Virus record (IMG/VR): IMGVR_UViG_2740892213_000005
Strand: one strand, 5' to 3'
Source: a virus
Taxonomy: Duplodnaviria; Heunggongvirae; Uroviricota; Caudoviricetes
DNA length: 10,053 nucleotides
A program made the translations under genes and the position numbers. A model generated the notes under the pieces. It saw only the letters and a program-made list of their open reading frames with translations. It was not told where the DNA came from and did not search any database. Position 1 is the first letter of the stretch; each line of letters opens with the position of its first letter. This document shows positions 1 to 6,217 of the stretch, piece by piece.

Positions 1-66
1 CTGTACTGCGTGAATAGCGTTTTGCTGATGTGCTGGAGATCGAATTTCAAAGGTTAGTTTTTTCAT
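1..66 (-). CDS. ninB: NinB (partial; start codon in window, rest runs off the left edge)
   Basis: Reverse-complement of 1-66 translates to MKKLTFEIRSPAHQQNAIHAVQ, which matches my recollection of the lambda NinB N-terminus; GAGAGGGAA Shine-Dalgarno upstream (plus 70-80). Confidence 0.8.
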   Translation of the reverse strand, partial: MKKLTFEIRSPAHQQNAIHAVQ

Positions 67-259
67 GACTTCCCTCTCTAACAGATTTCAGGTTATTCCA
101 CTCCGTTACCGCACTGCTATAATTCGCGGCCGCCACAGCGGCGTGGTTAGCGCAGTAGATTTGGCACCCGTTCTCCATGTCGAATATTGTCGGTGATTTT
201 CCGCATTTACATTTTTTGGCACGCGGTGCGTCTGAACACATTCCGTTAACGGTGTCCAT
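47..259 (-). CDS. Small Cys-rich hypothetical protein (70 aa) in the NinA/ren position between helicase and ninB
   Basis: ORF track; cysteine cluster CKCGKSP...NGCQIYCANH suggests a zinc-binding fold; its 3' end overlaps the ninB start by about 20 nt. No family recognised. Confidence 0.5.
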   Translation of the reverse strand: MDTVNGMCSDAPRAKKCKCGKSPTIFDMENGCQIYCANHAAVAAANYSSAVTEWNNLKSVREGSHEKTNL

Positions 260-285
260 CAGGATCCCCCTCGTTCTTAATCCAA

Positions 286-313
286 TAAAAAAGGGCTACT
301 GTATAAATAGCCC
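286..313 (-). terminator. Intrinsic terminator downstream of the helicase gene (tR2-like position)
   Basis: On the minus strand GGGCTA-(9 nt loop)-TAGCCC followed by TTTTTTATT; lies between helicase stop (341) and the next ORF. Confidence 0.5.
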
Positions 314-340
314 CTGTTATTAGCTCAGTGATGTAGATGG

Positions 341-1717
341 TCATACGTCAGCCCCTTGTGCATATCGTCTGCCACGCGCAGCAGGTGCATTTGATGCTGT
401 GCAAATCTGTCTGGCTTCATCCTGGTCACATGCAACAAAGTGTCCGTTACAGAACCGCTGGTAAACCGTACCAAGCGAGCCAAAACGGTTTTTCGTCACG
501 ATGATTTCAGCAAATGGCGCGGCGCTACTGTTCTCGTCATATACCGCTTCCCGATAGAGCATGATGATTGAGTCTGCGTCCTGCTCAATGCTTCCTGAAT
601 CACGCAAATCTGCGTTTGTCGGGCGTTTGTTTGGTCGCTTCTCAACATCGCGCGAAAGCTGACTCAGGGAGATAACCGGTGTTTTCAGGTCTTTCGCCAT
701 CGCCTTCAGGCTTCCGGAGATGTGAGCAATTGCGAGGTCGTTGCGGTCTGCTTTCGGCTTCTCAATCAGGCCAAGATAATCCGCCATGATGAGTGAGAGG
801 TTTGGATTTTCCTGTTTGTGCCGTTCTGCGATTGAGCGTATTTCTTCGACCGATAACCGCGAGGCATCGACTACCCATACATCCAAATCTGCAAGCTGAC
901 TCATGCCGTTAGCAACACGTGCCCATCCTTCGTCATCCATCGATGCAGGATTTCGCAGCACGCTAACCGACATCCTCCCGGCGTTGGCAATGCTTCGCTC
1001 TGCAATCTGCAATGCGCTCATTTCCATTGAGAAAATCAACACTCCGCGCCGGACGTCAGAACCAGGAATAACGCGGCTTGCAACGCCTTCGGCAATCTTC
1101 AGAGCCAGTTCGGTTTTCCCCATACCAGGACGAGCAGCGATTATCACCAGGTCTTCCGCGTTCATCCCTCCGGTGATGGCGTCAAGTTCTTCGATTCCGG
1201 TCTTCAGGGTATCTGACTCTTCTCCGTTCCTCAGACGCCTGTCAAGCGTGTCAGTGTAGTCAGTAATGATTTCCCCTAACCGTACCGGTTTAACCTCGTC
1301 ACGGGGCTTTCTGATGGCTGAAAGACGCTTTACAAGTTCATCCATCGCCTGACTCGATGCGTCGATAGTTCCGCTCTGAATTGGTTCACGCATTTCATCC
1401 ATGATTTCCAGCACCAGACGACGGTGATAGTTATCCGCGACCATTCCGGCATATCCCTTCAGGTTTGCGGCACTCGGGCAGTTCTTGCTGGTCATCAGGA
1501 TTGACGTGAAATGCTCCTCTCCGCACGCCTCGGCAACCATCAGCGCGTCGATTAGGTTTCTGTTTCTCGCCTGCTTGCGGATAACCTCGAAGGCTTTCCG
1601 GTAGAGCGGAATTGAAAACGCTTCCGGCTCCAGCGTTGCAAGAACGTCACTGGCGGTTGGAGTTAATCCACCAATCAGCAGGCCACCGATAACGCTCGCT
1701 TCGATATCCTGTTTCAT
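341..1717 (-). CDS. DnaB-family replicative DNA helicase (P22 gene 12-like)
   Basis: 458 aa; N-terminal [13 protein letters not shown] motif, Walker [20 protein letters not shown], and [11 protein letters not shown] identical to the E. coli DnaB motif; ATGA start/stop overlap with the upstream O-like gene. Confidence 0.9.
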   Translation of the reverse strand: MKQDIEASVIGGLLIGGLTPTASDVLATLEPEAFSIPLYRKAFEVIRKQARNRNLIDALMVAEACGEEHFTSILMTSKNCPSAANLKGYAGMVADNYHRRLVLEIMDEMREPIQSGTIDASSQAMDELVKRLSAIRKPRDEVKPVRLGEIITDYTDTLDRRLRNGEESDTLKTGIEELDAITGGMNAEDLVIIAARPGMGKTELALKIAEGVASRVIPGSDVRRGVLIFSMEMSALQIAERSIANAGRMSVSVLRNPASMDDEGWARVANGMSQLADLDVWVVDASRLSVEEIRSIAERHKQENPNLSLIMADYLGLIEKPKADRNDLAIAHISGSLKAMAKDLKTPVISLSQLSRDVEKRPNKRPTNADLRDSGSIEQDADSIIMLYREAVYDENSSAAPFAEIIVTKNRFGSLGTVYQRFCNGHFVACDQDEARQICTASNAPAARGRRYAQGADV

Positions 1718-2661
1718 GCAATCCCCCTGTCTGCAAACTTCCCTTCCCGAACTCCCGTTAACGAATCTTCCCTCAGCAGGTAATCAAAATCAGCCGTCCA
1801 GCCCGTGTCGTTGTCTCCGAAGTAAAACGGCTTGGCCTGATGCACAAACGCCCTGACATACGCTCTGAAACCGTCCACGTTTGGCGTTTTCAGTTGCGGG
1901 ATGATTTTCTTCAGGCGGCGTTTGCGTTTCTCGTTGACCGCAACAGCGTGTGGCAGTCTGTCACCGACTTCGGTGTTGTAGGCGTTCAGGAATGATTCGT
2001 AGTCGATTCGTTCTGCCTTGCGACGTTCAGGTTTAACCTGCCCATCGCCTCCCCCATTGGGGGGTAGGGGGGTATTATTTATATTCTTGTTAATACCTTC
2101 TTGTTCATGATGTGCGGTTGTTTGTGCGGCCTCATGTGCGCTTTCATGTGCGGCATGTGCGCTGAAAGCCGCGCCATTACTGTCTTCGTCATGTGCGGCA
2201 TCATGTGCGGTTGTTTGTGCGGCTTCATGTGCGGGTAAATTGTCCATTTTTTGAGCATATTCATGGTAATTTGTGATGGTGATCACACGACCTTTTTGCT
2301 TCTCTCCATCAATGGAGATCATCCCCTCTTTCACAAAAACCTGAAGCATCCGCTCAACCTGATCACGGCTTGCTGGCTTGCCATGCCTGTCGCATAACTG
2401 AAGACCTAAATCAGCTGCTGTCACAACCAGTTGACCGGGTTGCAGATGCCATTCATGACCTTTGAAATTCGCTTTGTATGGCTTTCTGGCGGCATTCAGG
2501 AGAAGGTTTTCCCACAGGGTGCGAAGATAAACATCTTTCGCCCATGACTGTTTCAGAATGCTCCGGTACAACGGAATGTAACCAGTTTTCTGGTTCTCCA
2601 TCCTGTTGCTCCTGCGCTCGTGTGCGGCGCTGAAATCGTAGATTTTTGCTGTATTGCTCAT
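1714..2661 (-). CDS. O: Replication initiator, lambda O-like (P22 gene 18-like)
   Basis: N-terminus [10 protein letters not shown] resembles lambda O MTNTAKILNF; gene contains the iteron/AT-rich origin; His/Ala-rich repetitive linker is encoded by the iterons. ORF track begins at a GTG at 2664; the ATG at 2661 is preferred by homology. Confidence 0.85.
   Translation of the reverse strand: MSNTAKIYDFSAAHERRSNRMENQKTGYIPLYRSILKQSWAKDVYLRTLWENLLLNAARKPYKANFKGHEWHLQPGQLVVTAADLGLQLCDRHGKPASRDQVERMLQVFVKEGMISIDGEKQKGRVITITNYHEYAQKMDNLPAHEAAQTTAHDAAHDEDSNGAAFSAHAAHESAHEAAQTTAHHEQEGINKNINNTPLPPNGGGDGQVKPERRKAERIDYESFLNAYNTEVGDRLPHAVAVNEKRKRRLKKIIPQLKTPNVDGFRAYVRAFVHQAKPFYFGDNDTGWTADFDYLLREDSLTGVREGKFADRGIA
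2051..2100. other. Origin-associated G/C-rich near-palindrome (CCCCCATTGGGGGGTAGGGGGG) plus AT-rich unwinding element (about 2073-2100)
   Basis: AT-rich stretch TATTATTTATATTCTTGTTAATA immediately flanks the iterons, as in lambda ori. Confidence 0.6.
2107..2234. repeat. Origin iterons: about 9 copies of TGTGCG(G/C) at 10-12 bp spacing, including two copies of a roughly 32-bp unit (around 2107-2140 and 2202-2233)
   Basis: Direct repeats read from the sequence inside the O-like gene; in lambda the O-binding iterons also lie within O. Confidence 0.7.
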
Positions 2662-2663
2662 CA

Positions 2664-2936
2664 CTACCTGCCTTGACGAAAGACCTTAAGAACATCGTTA
2701 AACTGACTTACGGATATGTCTTCTTTGATCAGCCTTTCCAGAAATGCGTTTGGAATGAACGTATATCCCTCCTCTTTTGGTAGAGACGGGAGCAACGCCC
2801 TCGCCTCAGCCTTCAGAAGCTCAGTTCTGGCAACTTTCACAAAAGAGATTTGAGTTCTTTCATCAATGGAACGAAGGAAGCGCAAACGCTTAGCTTCTTT
2901 GTGTGTATCAGGTGGATTAAAGCCTTTGTTTCGCAT
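2664..2936 (-). CDS. Hypothetical protein (90 aa) between cII and O
   Basis: ATG with GAGGTAA Shine-Dalgarno 4 nt upstream; stop overlaps the O start (translational coupling). The track ORF 2664-3104 is the same frame extended upstream. Confidence 0.55.
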   Translation of the reverse strand: MRNKGFNPPDTHKEAKRLRFLRSIDERTQISFVKVARTELLKAEARALLPSLPKEEGYTFIPNAFLERLIKEDISVSQFNDVLKVFRQGR

Positions 2937-2941
2937 ATAAT
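2913..2941 (+). promoter_or_regulatory. Candidate pO-like promoter for an oop-like antisense RNA
   Basis: Perfect TATAAT at 2936-2941; weak -35 (TGGATT) 17 bp upstream; a terminator follows about 75 nt downstream. Confidence 0.3.
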
Positions 2942-2947
2942 TACCTC

Positions 2948-3015
2948 GTTGGATGTTGTTAAAATTCCATTTGTATTTGATCAGAACGCTCGGTCTTGCA
3001 TACCGGGCGTTTTTT
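2948..3015 (+). ncRNA. oop: Candidate oop-like antisense RNA overlapping the 3' end of cII
   Basis: Plus-strand terminator at 2987-3015 inside the minus-strand cII gene, with a TATAAT about 50 nt upstream; mirrors lambda oop geometry. Start is approximate. Confidence 0.4.
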
Positions 3016-3258
3016 ATTGGTGAGTCCATCAAGCGCATACTTAAAAGCCCTGCTAATTGGACTGATGTCTGATGCCATTCCAAAAGCACACAAGACCGAA
3101 GCAATAAATCTCCAGTCCGTTCTGCTTATCTTCGATTCATGACAGCCAATCATCTTTGCCAGACCGCGCTGGGTAAGCGTTGACAGGTTGATGAGTAAAT
3201 CTGTTTCTGCGCGATCAACGTCGCTCTGTGATAGTTTGCTGTAACTTGTTTGTTCCAT
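2959..3258 (-). CDS. cII: CII-like transcriptional activator
   Basis: 99 aa; C-terminus ...TNKKRPVCKTERSDQIQMEF matches lambda CII ...TNKKRPAATERSEQIQMEF as I recall it. Confidence 0.85.
   Translation of the reverse strand: MEQTSYSKLSQSDVDRAETDLLINLSTLTQRGLAKMIGCHESKISRTDWRFIASVLCAFGMASDISPISRAFKYALDGLTNKKRPVCKTERSDQIQMEF
2987..3015 (+). terminator. Intrinsic terminator (8-bp stem CGCTCGGT/ACCGGGCG, 7-nt loop, TTTTTT)
   Basis: Read directly from the sequence; sits antisense within cII. Confidence 0.6.
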
Positions 3259-3322
3259 TTCTTACTATTTCCATAGGTAAATAATCACTAATACTCATCT
3301 TTCGATGAGTGATTAATTAGTT

Positions 3323-3357
3323 ACCGCGTTGTCGGCGGTGCAGATTGATAAAGAGCG
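3323..3357 (-). promoter_or_regulatory. nutR: nutR: boxA CGCTCTTTA (3349-3357) and boxB ACCGCCGACAACGCGGT (3323-3339), P22 type
   Basis: Minus-strand sequence between cro and cII; boxA matches the consensus; boxB matches the P22 nutR boxB as I recall it. Confidence 0.7.
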
Positions 3358-3367
3358 GATCCGCTTA

Positions 3368-3583
3368 TTAAGCGGCTTTGTGTTCCGGTGGGAACACGTC
3401 ATCAAGACTGACTTTTGCGCCTAACTTGTTTAGGCACGCAACAAGAGCACGGCATGTTTTAAGGTCTGGGAAGCGACGACCAGATTCCCAATGTCCGATA
3501 GCTCCCTGTGTGCATCCAACCGCCTTAGCAAGTGTTGTTTGAGAGATATTCAGTGACTCTCGATATTTTCGTAGGTTGCTCAT
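3368..3583 (-). CDS. cro: Cro-like repressor (HTH, 71 aa)
   Basis: Position divergent from cI; HTH motif QTTLAKAVGCTQGAIGHWESG; GGAGGG Shine-Dalgarno upstream. The track ORF 3368-3754 is the same frame extended upstream. Confidence 0.8.
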   Translation of the reverse strand: MSNLRKYRESLNISQTTLAKAVGCTQGAIGHWESGRRFPDLKTCRALVACLNKLGAKVSLDDVFPPEHKAA

Positions 3584-3609
3584 ATGCCCTCCATAGTAAC
3601 CATGAAACA

Positions 3610-3638
3610 ATAATACGATATGTACTTTTGGAATGCAA
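3610..3638 (-). promoter_or_regulatory. pR: -35 TTGCAT, 17-bp spacer, -10 TATTAT (minus strand)
   Basis: Located about 25 nt upstream of the cro ATG; an operator dyad overlaps the spacer and -10. Confidence 0.5.
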
Positions 3639-3685
3639 ACAAAAAATACATCTTGTGCATGGATGGTTTTAGTACAGAGCGTAAT
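3612..3685. promoter_or_regulatory. OR operator region: dyads AGTAC-N5-GTAYT at 3612-3626 and AGTAC-N5-GTAAT at 3671-3685
   Basis: The same 15-bp dyad recurs at pL (4492-4506) in the same position relative to -35/-10. Confidence 0.45.
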
Positions 3686-3694
3686 AATAAGGAT

Positions 3695-4354
3695 ATGAAA
3701 ATGAAATGGTATGAACTGGCTAGATCCAGAATGAAAGAACTCGGCATAACTCAAGAGAAGTTAGCTGAAGAGCTTGGTATGACGCAGGGTGGAATTGGTC
3801 ACTGGTTGCGCGGATCTCGTCATCCATCTCTTGACGAGATTGGTGTGGTGTTTAAATACCTTGGTATTGATAACGTCTCATTCAACCACGACGGTACATT
3901 TTCACCTGTTGGCGAATACTCATCTGCCCCCGTTAAAAAACAATATGAGTACCCTGTTTTTTCTCATGTTCAGGCCGGGATGTTCTCGCCTGAGCTTAGA
4001 ACCTTTACCAAAGGCGATGCGGAGAGATGGGTCAGCACAACCAAAAAAGCCAGTGATTGTGCGTTTTGGCTTGAAGTTGAAGGTAATTCCATGACCGCAC
4101 CAACAGGATCCAAGCCAAGCTTTCCTGACGGGATGTTAATTCTCGTTGACCCTGAGCAGGCTGTTGAGCCAGGTGATTTCTGCATAGCCAGACTTGGTGG
4201 TGACGAGTTTACCTTCAAGAAACTGATCAGGGATAGCGGTCAGGTGTTCCTACAACCACTAAACCCGCAATATCCAATGATCCCATGCAATGATAGCTGT
4301 TCCGTAGTAGGGAAAGTTATCGCCAGCCAGTGGCCTGAAGAGACATTTAGTTAA
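3695..4354 (+). CDS. cI: CI-type prophage repressor (S24 peptidase family)
   Basis: C-terminal roughly 130 aa almost identical to the lambda cI C-terminal domain ([38 protein letters not shown]); N-terminal HTH domain differs. Start at 3695 or 3701; the track ORF begins at 3620. Confidence 0.85.
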   Translation: MKMKWYELARSRMKELGITQEKLAEELGMTQGGIGHWLRGSRHPSLDEIGVVFKYLGIDNVSFNHDGTFSPVGEYSSAPVKKQYEYPVFSHVQAGMFSPELRTFTKGDAERWVSTTKKASDCAFWLEVEGNSMTAPTGSKPSFPDGMLILVDPEQAVEPGDFCIARLGGDEFTFKKLIRDSGQVFLQPLNPQYPMIPCNDSCSVVGKVIASQWPEETFS

Positions 4355-4385
4355 CAGCCTCACCACTCTAAAACACACAACAATA

Positions 4386-4414
4386 ACCCGACCTTAGCGT
4401 CGGGTTTTCTTTTT
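4386..4414 (+). terminator. Intrinsic terminator after cI (CCCGAC-loop-GTCGGG, TTTTCTTTTT)
   Basis: Read from the sequence about 30 nt after the cI stop. Confidence 0.6.
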
Positions 4415-4479
4415 CCAAAATATAAATCAATAAAATACAAAGTGTTATAAAAAACTAACCGCATTTAGAACATTTTGTA

Positions 4480-4508
4480 TTGACTCAATAAAGTACACAT
4501 CGTACTAT
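4480..4508 (+). promoter_or_regulatory. pL: -35 TTGACT, 17-bp spacer, -10 TACTAT, with OL dyad AGTACACATCGTACT (4492-4506)
   Basis: Near-consensus sigma70 promoter about 200 nt upstream of N; operator overlaps spacer and -10. Confidence 0.6.
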
Positions 4509-4553
4509 TTAGCCATCAGCAGGAAGCTGGAAGCCAAACGGAACAGATTGGCA

Positions 4554-4588
4554 GGCTCTTTAACTTCGATGGGGCGCTGACAAAGCGC
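4554..4588 (+). promoter_or_regulatory. nutL: nutL: boxA GGCTCTTTAA (4554-4563) and boxB GCGCTGACAAAGCGC (4574-4588), P22 type
   Basis: Lies between pL and N; boxB is a 5-bp stem with GACAA loop, matching the P22 nutL boxB as I recall it. Confidence 0.75.
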
Positions 4589-4707
4589 AAACAGATACCA
4601 AACGAGATGGGTTTGGCGGTGATGTGAATTGCAGCTGCAACGACAGCAACCAGAAGATCAGCACCTGGCGCATCACCACCAAAGCCATTTCACATGAGGA
4701 AAACATC

Positions 4708-5016
4708 ATGACGGTAATCGTGTACGGAAAATCAACATTTGCAGGAAATGCCAAAACTCGCCGTCATGAGCGGCGCAGAAAGCTGGCTATCGAGCGTGAT
4801 TCCATCTGCAACATCATCGATTCGATCTTCGGCACAGACAGTGAGGAAGCTGTTCAGGAAGAACCGAGAAAGCGTTTAAGTCTTTCTGAAAAAGCAATAT
4901 CACTCGGCATCATCAGTAAATCAAATACAGATGCGAATGGCGGAAGCGTTTGTTTGCCTGAAGTTGCACTGTATGCTGCTGGTTACAGGTCAATGAAATC
5001 AATTACGGCGAGATAG
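4708..5016 (+). CDS. N: N-type transcription antiterminator (P22 gene 24-like)
   Basis: Contains the arginine-rich motif GNAKTRRHERRRKLAIER, the P22 N boxB-binding peptide; GAGGA Shine-Dalgarno upstream. The track ORF starts at 4624; the homology start is MTVIVYG. Confidence 0.85.
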   Translation: MTVIVYGKSTFAGNAKTRRHERRRKLAIERDSICNIIDSIFGTDSEEAVQEEPRKRLSLSEKAISLGIISKSNTDANGGSVCLPEVALYAAGYRSMKSITAR

Positions 5017-5018
5017 AA

Positions 5019-5285
5019 ATGACTAGCAAACAAGTATCATATAAATGCTATTGCCCTTTATGTGGAAGAAAATTCAGCGCCAAGGCAGCATGGAAGCATA
5101 TCAATGATTATCATCCAAAAGCATCAGAACGTGAGTTGATGATGATAAGAGATGTAAAACGAGAAAAAATTTCTTTCGCAACAAAGCCACTAAACGCCAA
5201 CAAAAACGCAATATTGTATCAAATGCATCGTTCAAGTGGTCCAGATTATTCTGGAGGGCTTCCATCTCTTGGAAAGAAAAAATAA
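5019..5285 (+). CDS. Small C2H2-type zinc-finger-like protein (88 aa), hypothetical
   Basis: Pattern C-x2-C-x12-H-x4-H (CPLCGRKFSAKAAWKHINDYH); starts 2 nt after the N stop. Confidence 0.6.
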   Translation: MTSKQVSYKCYCPLCGRKFSAKAAWKHINDYHPKASERELMMIRDVKREKISFATKPLNANKNAILYQMHRSSGPDYSGGLPSLGKKK

Positions 5286-5421
5286 CCACGCTCACGCTGG
5301 TTTTTAATGACATAAATAACCGTATTTACTACCGCAAGCCACGCAGTGAAATGGGTGTGACTTGTGTTGGTCGCCAGAAAATGAAATTAGGCAGCAAACC
5401 ACTTATTTGAGAGGAATTAAT

Positions 5422-6045
5422 ATGTCATCAATCCGCTTAACTACGAGAATGAAAGAGGAAATCGCTCGTAACGCTTTAATTAAGTCTGGGGTTTTCACTG
5501 AACTTGAAGAAGTAACAAAGTTAAAGAACCAGCTTGCACTTGACGCCAGAGTTATTGCGTTTGGCGGGAAAAAGAAAACCGAAGAAGTGGACCAGCTGGC
5601 ATCAAAGTTAATGGCTGCAAGTGAGGAACTTCAAAAGCTTGGATGTTCATTTTACTCATGCGATGTCAGTTCAAGTTCGATTTATCTGACTGTATCTGGA
5701 AGAAGGGTTGGCTGGCATTCATACGGAAAAGACGGCAACGGTGAAGATATATTGCTCCCTACCCCCGACAAAGATAAATGCATGTTTGACGCAGAACACA
5801 AAATAACAAAAAGGTTTGATGAAATCTGCGCATTGCAACAAAAACTTGAAGCCAGGAAAAAGGATATCGAATCAAATGTATGGGCTGCTTTGAACTCAGT
5901 CACAACAGTTAAGCGACTTATTGAGGTCTGGCCTGAAAGCAAAGAGTTGCTACCAAAAGAAGCAGATAAAGCAAGTGCAGCACTTCCTGCTTTACGGGTA
6001 GAAGATTTGAATAAGATGATTGGACTTCCTTCCGAGGCCGCATAG
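5422..6045 (+). CDS. Hypothetical protein (207 aa), accessory gene in the pL operon
   Basis: ATG with GAGAGGAA Shine-Dalgarno; the track ORF 5362-6045 is the same frame extended upstream. No family recognised. Confidence 0.65.
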   Translation: MSSIRLTTRMKEEIARNALIKSGVFTELEEVTKLKNQLALDARVIAFGGKKKTEEVDQLASKLMAASEELQKLGCSFYSCDVSSSSIYLTVSGRRVGWHSYGKDGNGEDILLPTPDKDKCMFDAEHKITKRFDEICALQQKLEARKKDIESNVWAALNSVTTVKRLIEVWPESKELLPKEADKASAALPALRVEDLNKMIGLPSEAA

Positions 6046-6060
6046 TCGGCCTTTATTTTT
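6034..6060 (+). terminator. Hairpin with T-tract overlapping the stop codon of the 207-aa gene
   Basis: AGGCCG-(6 nt loop)-CGGCCT followed by TTATTTTT. Confidence 0.5.
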
Positions 6061-6087
6061 GGCACAAACAACAGAATAAACACTGCA

Positions 6088-6119
6088 CTGTGTATTCATT
6101 CCAACGAGTGAATACACGG
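6088..6119. repeat. Perfect 9-bp inverted repeat GTGTATTCA-N10-TGAATACAC
   Basis: Read from the sequence (6090-6098 and 6109-6117); no T-tract follows. Confidence 0.6.
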
Positions 6120-6177
6120 AGCAATGTCGCTCGTAACTAAACAGGAGCCGACTTGTTCTGATTATTGGAAATCTTCT

Positions 6178-6205
6178 TTGCCCTCCAATGTGAGGGCAAT
6201 TTTTT
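6178..6205 (+). terminator. Strong intrinsic terminator (8-bp stem TTGCCCTC/GAGGGCAA, 6-nt loop, TTTTTT) immediately upstream of the next gene's RBS
   Basis: Read from the sequence; GGAGGA Shine-Dalgarno and the ATG at 6218 follow directly. Confidence 0.6.
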
Positions 6206-6217
6206 GACGGAGGATAT

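Noticed and set aside
903-1259. 118-aa ORF on the plus strand
   Set aside because: Lies entirely antisense within the well-supported DnaB-family helicase gene; no RBS; composition typical of a shadow ORF.
2107-2234. Regularly spaced short direct repeats that could suggest a CRISPR array
   Set aside because: The unit is only 7-10 bp with 10-12 bp spacing, lies inside a coding gene and is flanked by an AT-rich region, which fits origin iterons rather than CRISPR repeats and spacers.
2079-2264. 61-aa ORF with a repeated MKPHKQPHM motif
   Set aside because: Produced by reading the origin iterons in a different frame of the O-like gene; a repeat artefact.
2453-2695. 80-aa minus-strand ORF
   Set aside because: Alternative frame overlapping the O-like gene and the upstream small gene; no independent support.
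3620-3694. N-terminal extension of the cI ORF ([25 protein letters not shown])
   Set aside because: Would run through the pR/OR operator region; the repressor more plausibly starts at 3695 or 3701 next to an AAGGA motif, consistent with a lambda-like architecture.
3789-4218. ORFs 3789-4094 (+) and 3970-4218 (-)
   Set aside because: Both are alternative-frame or antisense shadows inside cI, whose reading frame is fixed by its near-identity to the lambda cI C-terminal domain.
4560-4754. 64-aa minus-strand ORF and the 5' extension of N from 4624
   Set aside because: They overlap nutL and the N leader; P22 gene 24 homology places the N start at 4708.
5101-5313. 70-aa minus-strand ORF
   Set aside because: Antisense to the zinc-finger gene; no RBS; likely spurious.
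5682-6083. 133-aa minus-strand ORF
   Set aside because: Antisense to the 207-aa gene and running through the terminator hairpin; no RBS.
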